Source: Gemmatimonadaceae bacterium (lineage in GTDB: Bacteria; Gemmatimonadota; Gemmatimonadetes; Gemmatimonadales; Gemmatimonadaceae). From it: a stretch of 64,000 nucleotides of DNA. Where the stretch lies: assembly GCA_033763905.1 (NCBI GenBank), contig JANRJP010000093.1, positions 1 through 64,000 of the forward strand, written 5' to 3'. Every line of letters starts with the position of its first letter. The first letter of the stretch is position 1. Of the stretch, positions 1 through 8,780 are shown in pieces. The position numbers and the translations under genes are program-made. Under the pieces are notes generated by a model. The model did not search any database. It was not told the DNA's origin and saw nothing but the letters and a program-made list of their open reading frames with translations.

Positions 1-359
1 GCGCGCTCCTCGAGATTGGCCCGCAGTTCGAGCAAGCGACGCTGACTCAAGCCGGTGAGCTCTTGAATCGTGAGCAGCTGCTGCTGCATCGCGTACAGCT
101 CTTCCTTCTGATCGCCCTGCCACTTCGCGACCCGCTGCGACAGCGCGCGCAGCGAATCCCCCGTGGTGCGCAACGCGCGAACCGCCTGCAGCACCTCGTT
201 CACCTGCCGAACGCGCGCCGAATCGTTGCGCGCGGCTTCGGCGCGGATCACCGCCAAGTCCGCCTGCAGGACCCGCAAGTCATTCCGGGTCGCCACGCAG
301 CCGGACAGCGAGATCCCCGCCGCCGCCAGCACGACGAGCCGACGCCGACACACGGACAT
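1..359 (-). CDS. cpoB: Tol-Pal system protein CpoB/YbgF, N-terminal part (3' end runs off window)
   Basis: Hand-translated from ATG at 359 (overlaps pal stop TGA): MSVCRRRLVVLAAAGISLSGCVATRNDLRVLQADLAVIRAEAARNDS...; lipobox LSGC then coiled coil; directly after pal. TPR domain not visible in window. Confidence 0.7.
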   Translation of the reverse strand, partial: MSVCRRRLVVLAAAGISLSGCVATRNDLRVLQADLAVIRAEAARNDSARVRQVNEVLQAVRALRTTGDSLRALSQRVAKWQGDQKEELYAMQQQLLTIQELTGLSQRRLLELRANLEER

Positions 360-997
360 CACTTCGCCGGGACGAGGGTGGCCGGTCCGGCGACGATCTC
401 GAACTCGGCGCGACGGTTCTTGATGAAGCAGCCTTCGTCCGCATCACCGCAGACGGGACGCTCTTCGCCGAAACTGGCCAGCAGCATCCGGTCTTCGCTG
501 ATGCCGCGCTGCGCGAGCCACCGCTTGAGGGCCGCCGCGCGGCGCTGACCGAGCGCCAAGTTGTACTCGTCCGAGCCGCGGTCGTCGGCGTGGCCGCTGA
601 TGCGGATTCGGACGCCCGGATTCGCGGCGAGCACCGGCACCTTGGACTCGAGCAGGCTCCGCGCGTCGTCCCGGATCTCCGAGGCGTCGTAGTCGAAGTA
701 GATCGTCGCTGTGATCGTCGTGCGCGCATCCACCGAGGCGGCCGCGCTGGCGGCATTGGCTCGCGCCGCCGCGGCCGAGTCGGCGGCCGCGCGACTCAGC
801 GCGGCTTCGCGCGCGCGACGGTCGGCATCACTCGGCGCGACCGGCGCGGTCGTCGCCGGCGCGGGCGTCGTCGGCGTGGCGGCTGCGCCCGCGGCCCCAG
901 CCCCGGCGAGCGGCGTCGGCGCGGGTGGCGGCGGATTCTTCGCACCGCAGGCCGCCACGGTCGCAGTAGCCAGCACCAGCAGAATGTGTCGCGTCAT
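359..997 (-). CDS. pal: Peptidoglycan-associated lipoprotein Pal (OmpA C-terminal domain)
   Basis: Lipobox VAAC; IYFDYD, GHADDRGSDEYNLALGQRRA, NRRAEF OmpA-like motifs; follows tolB. Start moved to MTRHILL at 997. Confidence 0.93.
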   Translation of the reverse strand: MTRHILLVLATATVAACGAKNPPPPAPTPLAGAGAAGAAATPTTPAPATTAPVAPSDADRRAREAALSRAAADSAAAARANAASAAASVDARTTITATIYFDYDASEIRDDARSLLESKVPVLAANPGVRIRISGHADDRGSDEYNLALGQRRAAALKRWLAQRGISEDRMLLASFGEERPVCGDADEGCFIKNRRAEFEIVAGPATLVPAK

Positions 998-1043
998 TGT
1001 CTCACCGTATGCGTGCAAAGGGTGAACGTCAGTTGTCAGGGCG

Positions 1044-2372
1044 TCAGATCCGAGGACCCCACGCCGCCATCCGGGCACCGCCGCCGCGCGTCAACTGCCG
1101 CAGCCGGCCGGACTCGGTGTCGAGCACCCACAGCTCGCGCGTCCCGCTACGCGTGGAGGTGAAGACCAAGTGCCGACCGTCCGGCGCCCACGAGGGATCT
1201 TCATTCTCGCCGTCGCTCGTGTGCTGCTTCGTCGTGCGATCCCGCAACGTGATCGTGACGATCTGGAACCGTCCGTCGAGCTGCGACTGAAACGCGACGG
1301 CGCGACCATCGGGCGACCACGACGGATTCGACCGGTAGGCCCGGTCACCAAACGCGAACGCGGTCAACAGCTCCGCGTTCGTGCCATCCGCGTCCGAAAT
1401 ATACACCTCGGGATGCCCCGATCGGCCCGACGTGAACGCCAATCGCCGACCGTCCGGCGCGAACGTCGGCGACACGTTGTCGGTGCCGCGCCCGACGGTC
1501 ACCGGCACCGTGGTCGCGTCACCCGTCGTGCGCGCGACGAGATCCGTGCCATCCCCATCGCCGGTCGCCCACACGAGGGTGGCCCCATCGGGGGACCACG
1601 CCGGCGTGATGTGCAGTCCACGCCCGGTGCCCGCCACGGGCTTCGGACTCCCGCCGAACTCCTGCGTGACGAGCCGCGTCCCCTCGCTCGCGAATTGGCT
1701 ATAGGTGAACTGCCGTCCGCTCGGATGCCACGCCGGCGACAGGGCGCCGGCGTCGCTGACCGGTGTTGCGTTGGCACCGTCGCTGTCGATGCGCCACACC
1801 CGCCGGTCCTTGACGAAGAGCACGCGCGTCGCCGCGATGCCGCGCACCCCGGTGATGCTCTGCTCGACTTCGTCCGCGATGCGGTGTACACCCTGCCGCC
1901 ACGCGTCGCCGAAGAGCGGCGTCGGCAACGGACCTTCCCGCGTGTCGGCCACCTTGCGTAGCCCGACGTCGTGCACCTGCACCCGAACCCCACCGCTGGC
2001 GGTGATCACCGCTTCGACGACCGCCGCCACGCGCAGGGTCGCGTACAACCCGTAGTTGAGTGCTTGCGATCGGCCGTTGACCGTCAACGGCGGCGGGCCA
2101 TCGCCGGCAATGATTTCGACGCGATCGCCGTTCTCCAGATCGCGCTGCAGCATCACGCGAATCGAATCGCCGCCCAGGCCACGCACCGGCAGCACCATCA
2201 CGCCGGGCTTCACGCCCGCTTCGTAGGTGAGCCCGATGCGCACCCCCGGGTCCTGCGCACCCGCCGACGCCGTGAGCAGGCCGACGCCGACCGCGACGGC
2301 GCCGACCGCGCGACACAGCGCGGGACAGGCCGCGCGGATCCCTCGGGCGTTTCCGCGTCGCGTCCCGCTCAT
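1044..2372 (-). CDS. tolB: Tol-Pal beta-propeller protein TolB
   Basis: Signal peptide, repeated PD40 motifs (SPAWHPSG, PAWSPDG, PTFAPDG, PSWSPDG, PSWAPDG), ATRVLFV; located between tolA-like gene and pal. Confidence 0.92.
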   Translation of the reverse strand: MSGTRRGNARGIRAACPALCRAVGAVAVGVGLLTASAGAQDPGVRIGLTYEAGVKPGVMVLPVRGLGGDSIRVMLQRDLENGDRVEIIAGDGPPPLTVNGRSQALNYGLYATLRVAAVVEAVITASGGVRVQVHDVGLRKVADTREGPLPTPLFGDAWRQGVHRIADEVEQSITGVRGIAATRVLFVKDRRVWRIDSDGANATPVSDAGALSPAWHPSGRQFTYSQFASEGTRLVTQEFGGSPKPVAGTGRGLHITPAWSPDGATLVWATGDGDGTDLVARTTGDATTVPVTVGRGTDNVSPTFAPDGRRLAFTSGRSGHPEVYISDADGTNAELLTAFAFGDRAYRSNPSWSPDGRAVAFQSQLDGRFQIVTITLRDRTTKQHTSDGENEDPSWAPDGRHLVFTSTRSGTRELWVLDTESGRLRQLTRGGGARMAAWGPRI

Positions 2373-3091
2373 CGCACCACCCGGGGATCGAAGGCGAACG
2401 TCACGGGCAGCACGTCGTCGGCGAAGCCCGCCGGGAGCGGACCGAACGCCCGCGCGGTGCCTGCGGCCTCGACCGCGCCCTGCGCTTCGAGGTCGAACGC
2501 GTAGGAACCGGAGCGGGTCACGAAACGCACGTTGGTAATGCTGCCGTCACGGTGAATGAGAAACGCCACATCGGCCCGAAGCGGTGCGTTGGGATTGCGC
2601 GGCTTGAAGCGCACGGCGATCTGCCGCACGATGTTCTGCAGATACCCGGGGAATGGGAACGCGATCCCGTCCGTCTTCACACTGACGACCTCGCTCCCCG
2701 TGCCGCCTGTCCCTGCCGGCGCGCTCGGCGGCGTGGCGGGCGACGCCGGCTTGGTCGCGGGTGCCGACGCGGTCGGGGGCGCGGGCTTCGGGCGCGCAGG
2801 CTTCGCCAAGGGGAGCGCAGGCTGTCGCGTAGCGGCCTTGGGGGATGGCGCGACCGCCGGCGTCGCGGCCGGCGGCGTAGGGATAGCTGGCGCCTCAGCG
2901 GGAGGTGTCGGCGCCGGGCGGCGCGGGGCCCCCACCAGCTCCACGCGGTACACCGGCGGCATCACCGGAGGCTGACGGCGCGCGGCAATCACCGCGCCCA
3001 CCAGCAACGCCGCGTGGGCCGCCGCCGAGAGCAGCAGCCCCGAACGCAGCGACGCTGGCGTCGACGACGGCCACGCGGCGCCCGACGTCAC
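2369..3091 (-). CDS. tolA: TolA/TonB-family energy transducer
   Basis: N-terminal TM helix with SxxxH (SAAAH), Pro/Ala-rich linker, TonB_2-like C domain (FLIHRDGSI...SGSYAFD...AV...FGPLP); position in tol operon. Confidence 0.8.
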   Translation of the reverse strand: MTSGAAWPSSTPASLRSGLLLSAAAHAALLVGAVIAARRQPPVMPPVYRVELVGAPRRPAPTPPAEAPAIPTPPAATPAVAPSPKAATRQPALPLAKPARPKPAPPTASAPATKPASPATPPSAPAGTGGTGSEVVSVKTDGIAFPFPGYLQNIVRQIAVRFKPRNPNAPLRADVAFLIHRDGSITNVRFVTRSGSYAFDLEAQGAVEAAGTARAFGPLPAGFADDVLPVTFAFDPRVVR

Positions 3092-3504
3092 GGCGCGTCC
3101 GGCTCCGCGACGAGGCCGACATCCTGCACGCCCGCCGCGCGAATGATCGCCAGGACTTGCACCACCGTCCCGTAGGATGCGCGCGCATCGGCGCGAAGGT
3201 ACACGCCGTCTCGGGCACGTTCCGCTGCGATCGCCTTGAACGAGCTGCGGAACTCGCGCAGCGAGAGCCGCGCCTCATCGACAAAAATCTCGCCGCGGGC
3301 CGACACCGTGATGGCCAACCCGCTCTTCGGCGTCAGCGGCCGCGCTTCGGCGCGTGGCAGCGCCACATCGACGCCGCCCTGCATCATCGGAGCCGTGATC
3401 ATGAAGATCACCATCAGGAGCATCATCACGTCGATCAGACTGACGACGTTGATCTCGGCATTGAGCGGCGTCCGATCTCGGCGACGCCGACGCAGTCCCG
3501 CCAT
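3088..3504 (-). CDS. tolR: TolR/ExbD biopolymer transporter
   Basis: EINVVSLIDVMMLLMVIFMITAPMM, VYLRAD, YGTVVQVL; between tolQ and tolA. Confidence 0.9.
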   Translation of the reverse strand: MAGLRRRRRDRTPLNAEINVVSLIDVMMLLMVIFMITAPMMQGGVDVALPRAEARPLTPKSGLAITVSARGEIFVDEARLSLREFRSSFKAIAAERARDGVYLRADARASYGTVVQVLAIIRAAGVQDVGLVAEPDAP

Positions 3505-3505
3505 T

Positions 3506-4219
3506 CTAGAGGCGTCCTTCGCGCGCGAGCCGCGCAATCAACTCGCTCCCGAACCCGTCCAGCCCGCTCTCGAGCCGCGAGAGGCGGCTCGCGAACAAGT
3601 TGTAGCCGAACGATGCCGGAATCGCGACCGCGAGTGCCGCGGCGGTCGCGATCAGTGCCGTCGCGATGCCGGGAGCCACCGCCGCCAGATTGCCCGAGCC
3701 CTTGGTGGCGATACCCAGAAAGGCGTCGATCACGCCGAGCACGGTGCCCAGCAGGCCGAGGAGCGGACTCACCGACCCGATCGTCGCCAGCCACGGGACA
3801 AAACGCACCAGGCGCTCGCGCGCGCCGTCGGCCTCGGCATCCAGCAGCAGCTTGAGCGCTTCCACCTGCGTCGCCGACAGCGCCGTTTCGCCGCGCGCGC
3901 GGTTCGCCAGGGTCGACTGCTCGAGGAACTGCGCCGCCCGCTGCGTGATCTGCGTGTAGGGCGTCGGCACCGACAAGCGGGCGGTTTGCACCACTTGGTC
4001 GAAGCGATCGGACGAGGCCGCCTCGGCGAGAAACGGGGCCGCGTCCCGCGTGAGCGCGGCGAACTCCCGCCACTTGGCCAGCATAATCGCCCAGCTCGTC
4101 AACGACAGCACGGCGAGGAACAGCAGCACGACCTGCTCGATGCCGGTCGCCCCGGTGACCATATCGAGCGCCGACGATGGCACGGCGCGCCCGATCTGGG
4201 CGAAGAGCAGGCCCGGCAT
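3506..4219 (-). CDS. tolQ: TolQ/ExbB/MotA proton channel
   Basis: LATIGSVSPLLGLLGTVLGVIDAF and APGIATALIATAAAL motifs; start MPGLLFAQ at 4219. Confidence 0.92.
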   Translation of the reverse strand: MPGLLFAQIGRAVPSSALDMVTGATGIEQVVLLFLAVLSLTSWAIMLAKWREFAALTRDAAPFLAEAASSDRFDQVVQTARLSVPTPYTQITQRAAQFLEQSTLANRARGETALSATQVEALKLLLDAEADGARERLVRFVPWLATIGSVSPLLGLLGTVLGVIDAFLGIATKGSGNLAAVAPGIATALIATAAALAVAIPASFGYNLFASRLSRLESGLDGFGSELIARLAREGRL

Positions 4220-5187
4220 CAGTGACCGCTGGCGGCCGCGCGGCGCGCGAAGAAGTCGAACGTCTGCTTGAGCCCGTCGGCCAGCGGCACTTCCGGACGC
4301 CACCCCAGCTCACGCGCCCCCTTCTCCACGGCGATCGCGCTCCGGCGCTGCTCGCCGGGTCGCGCAGGCGCGTGTTCGATCGGGACGCGCACCCCTGTGG
4401 CCTCCATCAGCGTGGAGGCGAGGGCCAGCACGCTGGTCTCGGTGGTCGTTCCGACGTTGTAGCTCCGGGCATCGAGCGCCCCGGCCGGCGGCAGCGCGGC
4501 CGATGCCGCCAACAGGTTCGCCCGTGCGACGTCACCGACGTAGACGTAGTCGCGCGTCTGCTCCCCATCACCGAACACCTTCACCGGCTTTCCCTCCAGC
4601 AGCTTGCCGCAGAAGATCGCGACGACTCCCGCCTCGCCGTGCGGATCCTGGCGCGGGCCGTACACGTTGGCGTACCGCAGCGTCACGTACTGCAGACCGT
4701 GCACTCGGCCGTAGAATCCCAAGTAATACTCCACCGCCAGCTTGCTGATCCCGTACGGCGACTCCGGGTTCTTGGCATCGGTCTCCACCGATGGCACCGG
4801 GGCGAGATCCCCGTATGTGGCGCCACCGGTCGACGTGTTCACGATGCGGGTCGCGTAGCCGGACCGACGCACCGCTTCGAGCAGGTTGAGGGTGCCGAGG
4901 ATGTTCTGCGTCGCGTCGTACGCGGGATCCGTCACGCTGCGCCGCACATCGATCTGCGCCGCGAGATGGCAGATGACGTCGAATCGCCCGCCCTCGACCA
5001 GCGCGGCCGCCTCGGGGGAGCCGACACTCGCGTGCACAAAGGTCGCCGCCGCCGGCAGGTTCTCTCGACGGCCGGAGGACAGATCGTCGAGGATCGTGAC
5101 GACGTCGCCGCTCGCCAGAAACGCGTCCGCGACGTGCGATCCGATGAACCCTGCCCCACCCGTCACCAGTACCCGACGACCCGACAT
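4219..5187 (-). CDS. NAD-dependent epimerase/dehydratase (UDP-glucose 4-epimerase-like extended SDR)
   Basis: TGGAGFIGSH, HLAAQIDVRRSV, YGISK (YxxxK), LRYANVYGPRQ, GDGEQTRDYVYV. Confidence 0.9.
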   Translation of the reverse strand: MSGRRVLVTGGAGFIGSHVADAFLASGDVVTILDDLSSGRRENLPAAATFVHASVGSPEAAALVEGGRFDVICHLAAQIDVRRSVTDPAYDATQNILGTLNLLEAVRRSGYATRIVNTSTGGATYGDLAPVPSVETDAKNPESPYGISKLAVEYYLGFYGRVHGLQYVTLRYANVYGPRQDPHGEAGVVAIFCGKLLEGKPVKVFGDGEQTRDYVYVGDVARANLLAASAALPPAGALDARSYNVGTTTETSVLALASTLMEATGVRVPIEHAPARPGEQRRSAIAVEKGARELGWRPEVPLADGLKQTFDFFARRAAASGH

Positions 5188-5232
5188 GCTGCACCTCGTT
5201 TGGAGTGATTCCGCGCCGTCGCGGACCAAAGC

Positions 5233-5263
5233 AAAAGGGCGCCGCGGCCTCAGCCGGGCGCCC
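5233..5263 (-). terminator. Intrinsic terminator after LysM gene
   Basis: Minus strand GGGCGCCCGGC-TGAG-GCCGCGGCGCCC-TTTT, about 30 nt after the LysM gene stop. Confidence 0.65.
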
Positions 5264-5291
5264 ATTGGCAATCTAGCGAGGACTCACCCGC

Positions 5292-6458
5292 TCACGGCAT
5301 CCGGTGACTGATGCGCGCCGGCGTCCCGGCATCGAACCGCGCGGCCACCTGCCCGATGATGATCGCGGTCGACCCCTGCTCCGTCACCCGGATGACGCTC
5401 AATTCGGCGAGTTCCGTGTCGGGAATCATCGCGCTGCCATTGCGTCGCGCCGGCCGGAAAACCGAGAACCGGTCGCCGGGGCGAATGCCGTCGCGCGTCC
5501 CGAGCGGCAGGAACACGAAGTTCTGCACCGCCGGCACCAACTCGTCTCCGTACACGTCGAGCACGCGCGTCGTGCGCCCGCCACTGACCGGCACCGGCGT
5601 CAGCGTGTCGCGCGAGCCCGCTTCGTACGCCATCACGCGCTGCCCGGCGACCACCGTCTCGAACTGACGGACGATCTGGGCCGTTGGGGCGCGGCCGGCC
5701 ACCACACGATCCACCACCAGCACGGCCGTGGGCACGACGATCTGGCGACCATCGATCGCGCGATCCAGCCGGAAAGCGATGTAGCGCATTCCAACGGCCG
5801 GAGCCGCGCCCTGCGGCGGAATCACCGAGACGAGATCGCGCAGCTGGAAGCGCCGCGTATCGAGGCTCGCGGTGTTCTCGGTCTCTGGCATATCGATGCC
5901 GCCAATCAGGCGACCAACGCCCGTCGGCCCACCGGGTCGCGACAGGAACGGCGCCGAGGCGTACTCGCCCTCGCGGACGGCCGGCCCGTCCACCATCGCG
6001 ACCGGGGCCGTCCGGGGCGCGGTCTGCTGGCGCACCGCGGCGGTGGCGAAAATCGTCGGCGTCTCCCGACCCGCGGACACCTGCACCGGCTCGTTGTCGC
6101 TGTTGTCGGTCAAAGCGGTGGTGCCCGCATCACCCGAGGCTGCGGGACGCGCACCAGGCAGCTTGAGGATTTCGCCGGGATAGATCTTGTGCGGATCCTC
6201 GACGACGTCGGTGTTGAGCCGATAGAGCTCCGGCCACTGGAAGGCGTCGCCCAGGTACAGCTTGGCGATATCCCACAGCGTGTCTCCCTGCCGCACGGTG
6301 TGCGTGCCGGGGTTCGACGCCGGACGCGCAGGCGCGGCGGCATCCTGCGCGAACGCCGGGGTTACACCTGCGGCGAGCCCGGCCGCCAACAGCGTGCCGA
6401 GCAGAACGGGGCGACGCGCGTCGCACCAGGCGGGGATGAGAGGGAGCATCGGTCGCAT
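5292..6458 (-). CDS. Exported LysM peptidoglycan-binding protein (TsaP-like architecture)
   Basis: Signal peptide ending AFA-Q; HTVRQGDTLWDIAKLYLGDAFQWPELYRLN...IYPGEIL LysM; beta-rich C region. Start uncertain (6458 or nearby ATG). Confidence 0.8.
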   Translation of the reverse strand: MRPMLPLIPAWCDARRPVLLGTLLAAGLAAGVTPAFAQDAAAPARPASNPGTHTVRQGDTLWDIAKLYLGDAFQWPELYRLNTDVVEDPHKIYPGEILKLPGARPAASGDAGTTALTDNSDNEPVQVSAGRETPTIFATAAVRQQTAPRTAPVAMVDGPAVREGEYASAPFLSRPGGPTGVGRLIGGIDMPETENTASLDTRRFQLRDLVSVIPPQGAAPAVGMRYIAFRLDRAIDGRQIVVPTAVLVVDRVVAGRAPTAQIVRQFETVVAGQRVMAYEAGSRDTLTPVPVSGGRTTRVLDVYGDELVPAVQNFVFLPLGTRDGIRPGDRFSVFRPARRNGSAMIPDTELAELSVIRVTEQGSTAIIIGQVAARFDAGTPARISHRMP

Positions 6459-6608
6459 TGGTGTGGAACGTGGCGCACCAGTCCCCCGCGCCGCAATCAC
6501 GCCGCGGGCGACTGGTGTCCATCAGCCAACAGACGAACGAGCCCGCGGGACGGCAACCGGCCCCGCCTGCGGCGCGGTCCCGGCAGCCCCGGGACCGCAC
6601 CAACCGGC

Positions 6609-7100
6609 TCAGAACGGGAGGTCGTCGTCCTCGGCCTCGGCGCCGGACGGGAAATCCTCGAAATCGGATCCCGACGCCTTCGGGGCCTTCGTCGCGCCGG
6701 CGGAGGCCGGCGCACGCCGCACCGGCGCCCCGCCCTCGTCACCACCGCGCCCCCCGCCCAGCATCACCAGATCGGTGACCTTGATGTCCGTGGCGTACCG
6801 CGTCTGGCCTTCCTTGTCCTGCCACTGCCGGTACTCGATCGCCCCTTCGATGTAGACCTTGTCGCCCTTCTTGAGGAAGCGCTCGACCACATCGACCAAC
6901 CCGCCGCTCTGCGTCCCGCGGCTCCAGACGACGCAGCGGTGCCACTCGGTCTTCTCCTGCTTCGAGCCGGACGCGTCGTTCCACGTGCGAGACGTCGCCA
7001 GCGAGAACTCGGCGACCCGCTGGCCACCGGTCGTCGAACGGATTTCGGGATCCTTCCCGAGGTTGCCGATCAAAAGCACCTTGTTCAAGCTCCGGCTCAT
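6609..7100 (-). CDS. ssb: Single-stranded DNA-binding protein
   Basis: MSRSLNKVLLIGNLGKDPEIR, TEWHR, KGDKVYIEG, acidic tail DDDLPF; GGAGG RBS. Confidence 0.97.
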   Translation of the reverse strand: MSRSLNKVLLIGNLGKDPEIRSTTGGQRVAEFSLATSRTWNDASGSKQEKTEWHRCVVWSRGTQSGGLVDVVERFLKKGDKVYIEGAIEYRQWQDKEGQTRYATDIKVTDLVMLGGGRGGDEGGAPVRRAPASAGATKAPKASGSDFEDFPSGAEAEDDDLPF

Positions 7101-7195
7101 ACCTGCCTCCTGAAGTGAATGCGTGACGGGACGTCGCGAACAGTGCAGGAGCGGCGCACACCACACGGGGGCGCGACGCCCCGAATTGGAGCGAT

Positions 7196-7669
7196 CTATT
7201 GCGGCGGTCTGACGGCGGGCCCCCGCCGCAGGACCAGAGCATCTTCGTCCGGATTCCGATAGTAACGGGTCCGCCGCCCGACCTCCACAAATCCGAACGC
7301 GGCGTAGAGTCCCCGCGCCGCGGCGTTGGACGGGCGCACTTCCAGAAACACGGCCAGCGCGCCGCGCGCGCCCGCGACGTGCAAGGCGTGCTGCAACAGC
7401 GCTCGGCCCGCACCGAGCCGACGCGCTGACGGCAGGACGGCGACGTTGAGGATTTCCCCTTCGCCCGCCACGACGCGTACCACGACGTAGCCGGCCAGCG
7501 AGCCGTCGACATCGGCGACCGCCACGAATACCTCGGGCGACTCCAGCGCATTCGTGAACGCGGCCCGCGACCACGGATCACCGAACGACGCCCGCTCGAT
7601 CCCGTGAATCGCCGAGACGTCCGCCGATGTCGCGTCACGAATCGTGACCGCCAGTTCGCGCGCGGCCAT
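7196..7669 (-). CDS. rimI: Ribosomal protein S18-alanine N-acetyltransferase
   Basis: IERASFGDPWS, ILNVAV, RRLGAG, LEVRPSN, LYAAFGF, RYYRNPDEDALV; follows tsaB. Confidence 0.9.
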   Translation of the reverse strand: MAARELAVTIRDATSADVSAIHGIERASFGDPWSRAAFTNALESPEVFVAVADVDGSLAGYVVVRVVAGEGEILNVAVLPSARRLGAGRALLQHALHVAGARGALAVFLEVRPSNAAARGLYAAFGFVEVGRRTRYYRNPDEDALVLRRGPAVRPPQ

Positions 7670-8334
7670 CAGCCCAGTGCCGCCGAGGTGCGGGGCAACG
7701 GCGTGCCGTGCGTGGCTTCCCACTGCACTTGCGCCTCGGCCAGACGGCCGTACGACGGCTCCCACTTCGCGAGATCGACGACCCGGCGCTCCATCGGCGA
7801 CACCGCGCGCAACGCCGACGCCTCCGCGCGCTGCCGCTGCCCATCGACGACGTCGGCCCCGCGTGCTGCCGCCCAGGCCGGCACCGCTGCCGCCGCCAAC
7901 ACGAGCGGCGCCCCGAGCGCGTGCCAGCCACCCGCCGCGCGCTCCACCAGCTGCGCGTACACCTCGCCGCGAAGCGCATCGAGCGTGGCAAGCCGCCGCG
8001 TTCCGACCGGCGCGTCGTCCGCAGCGGCGATCAGCACCAACGACGACACCGACTCGAGCCGCAGTGACGACGCGTGGGCGAGCCCCTTGGCGGTGGCGGC
8101 CGCGATGCGGAGCGAGGTGAAGGACCCGGGCCCCTCGCCGACCACGAGCGCGGTGAGCGCGTCCCAGCGCACATCGGCGCGGGCGAGCACGTCGACCAAC
8201 AGCGGCAGCAACGGCTCGCGCCAGCGATCCTTGAGCATCACGTCCCCGCGGGCCAGCAGGCGTTCGCCGTCGAGGCACGCGGCCGTCGCCACACTCGTCG
8301 AGGCGTCGAAGACCAGCACGGGCATCGTCGTCAT
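7669..8334 (-). CDS. tsaB: tRNA t6A modification protein TsaB
   Basis: VLVFDAST, GEGPGSFTSLRIAAATAKGLA, LDALRGEVY, EPSY; between tsaE and rimI. Confidence 0.9.
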   Translation of the reverse strand: MTTMPVLVFDASTSVATAACLDGERLLARGDVMLKDRWREPLLPLLVDVLARADVRWDALTALVVGEGPGSFTSLRIAAATAKGLAHASSLRLESVSSLVLIAAADDAPVGTRRLATLDALRGEVYAQLVERAAGGWHALGAPLVLAAAAVPAWAAARGADVVDGQRQRAEASALRAVSPMERRVVDLAKWEPSYGRLAEAQVQWEATHGTPLPRTSAALG

Positions 8335-8780
8335 TCGCGGGCGAGGGTCACGCGACGCGCACTGCCCGACGGCGTGGACTCCAGTCGCAGATGCCAGGCC
8401 CCCTCGGGTAGCCGACCGGCCGCGCGCTCGGGCCACTCGACCAGCACCACCGCGTCGCCGCCGACGTGCTCGTCCCAGCCCAGCGTATCGAGCTCGCGCG
8501 CGCTGCGCAGTCGGTACAGATCGAGATGGCGCACCGGGCCCACCGCGCCGACGTACTCGTGGACAACCGTGAACGTCGGGCTCGTCACCGGTTCCGTCAC
8601 ACCGAGCCCGCGACAGATCGCCTGCGAGAGCGTCGTCTTACCCGAACCGAGGTCTCCCGAGAGCAAGAGCACATCGCCAAGGCGCAGGGCGCGGCCCACG
8701 GCCTCGCCCCACTGCTGCATCGCCTCGAGCGCCACCGCCTCCGTCGGCGCGGCGGGCATCGGCTCGCGCACGACACTCAT
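8331..8780 (-). CDS. tsaE: tRNA t6A modification ATPase TsaE
   Basis: GDLGSGKT Walker A, VTSPTF, HLDLYRL, VEWPER. Confidence 0.95.
   Translation of the reverse strand: MSVVREPMPAAPTEAVALEAMQQWGEAVGRALRLGDVLLLSGDLGSGKTTLSQAICRGLGVTEPVTSPTFTVVHEYVGAVGPVRHLDLYRLRSARELDTLGWDEHVGGDAVVLVEWPERAAGRLPEGAWHLRLESTPSGSARRVTLARE

Noticed and set aside
5233..5275. TAGATT -10 followed by a terminator as a riboswitch or attenuator for the epimerase-tol operon
   Set aside because: The hairpin is adequately explained as the LysM gene terminator; no aptamer or antiterminator recognised.
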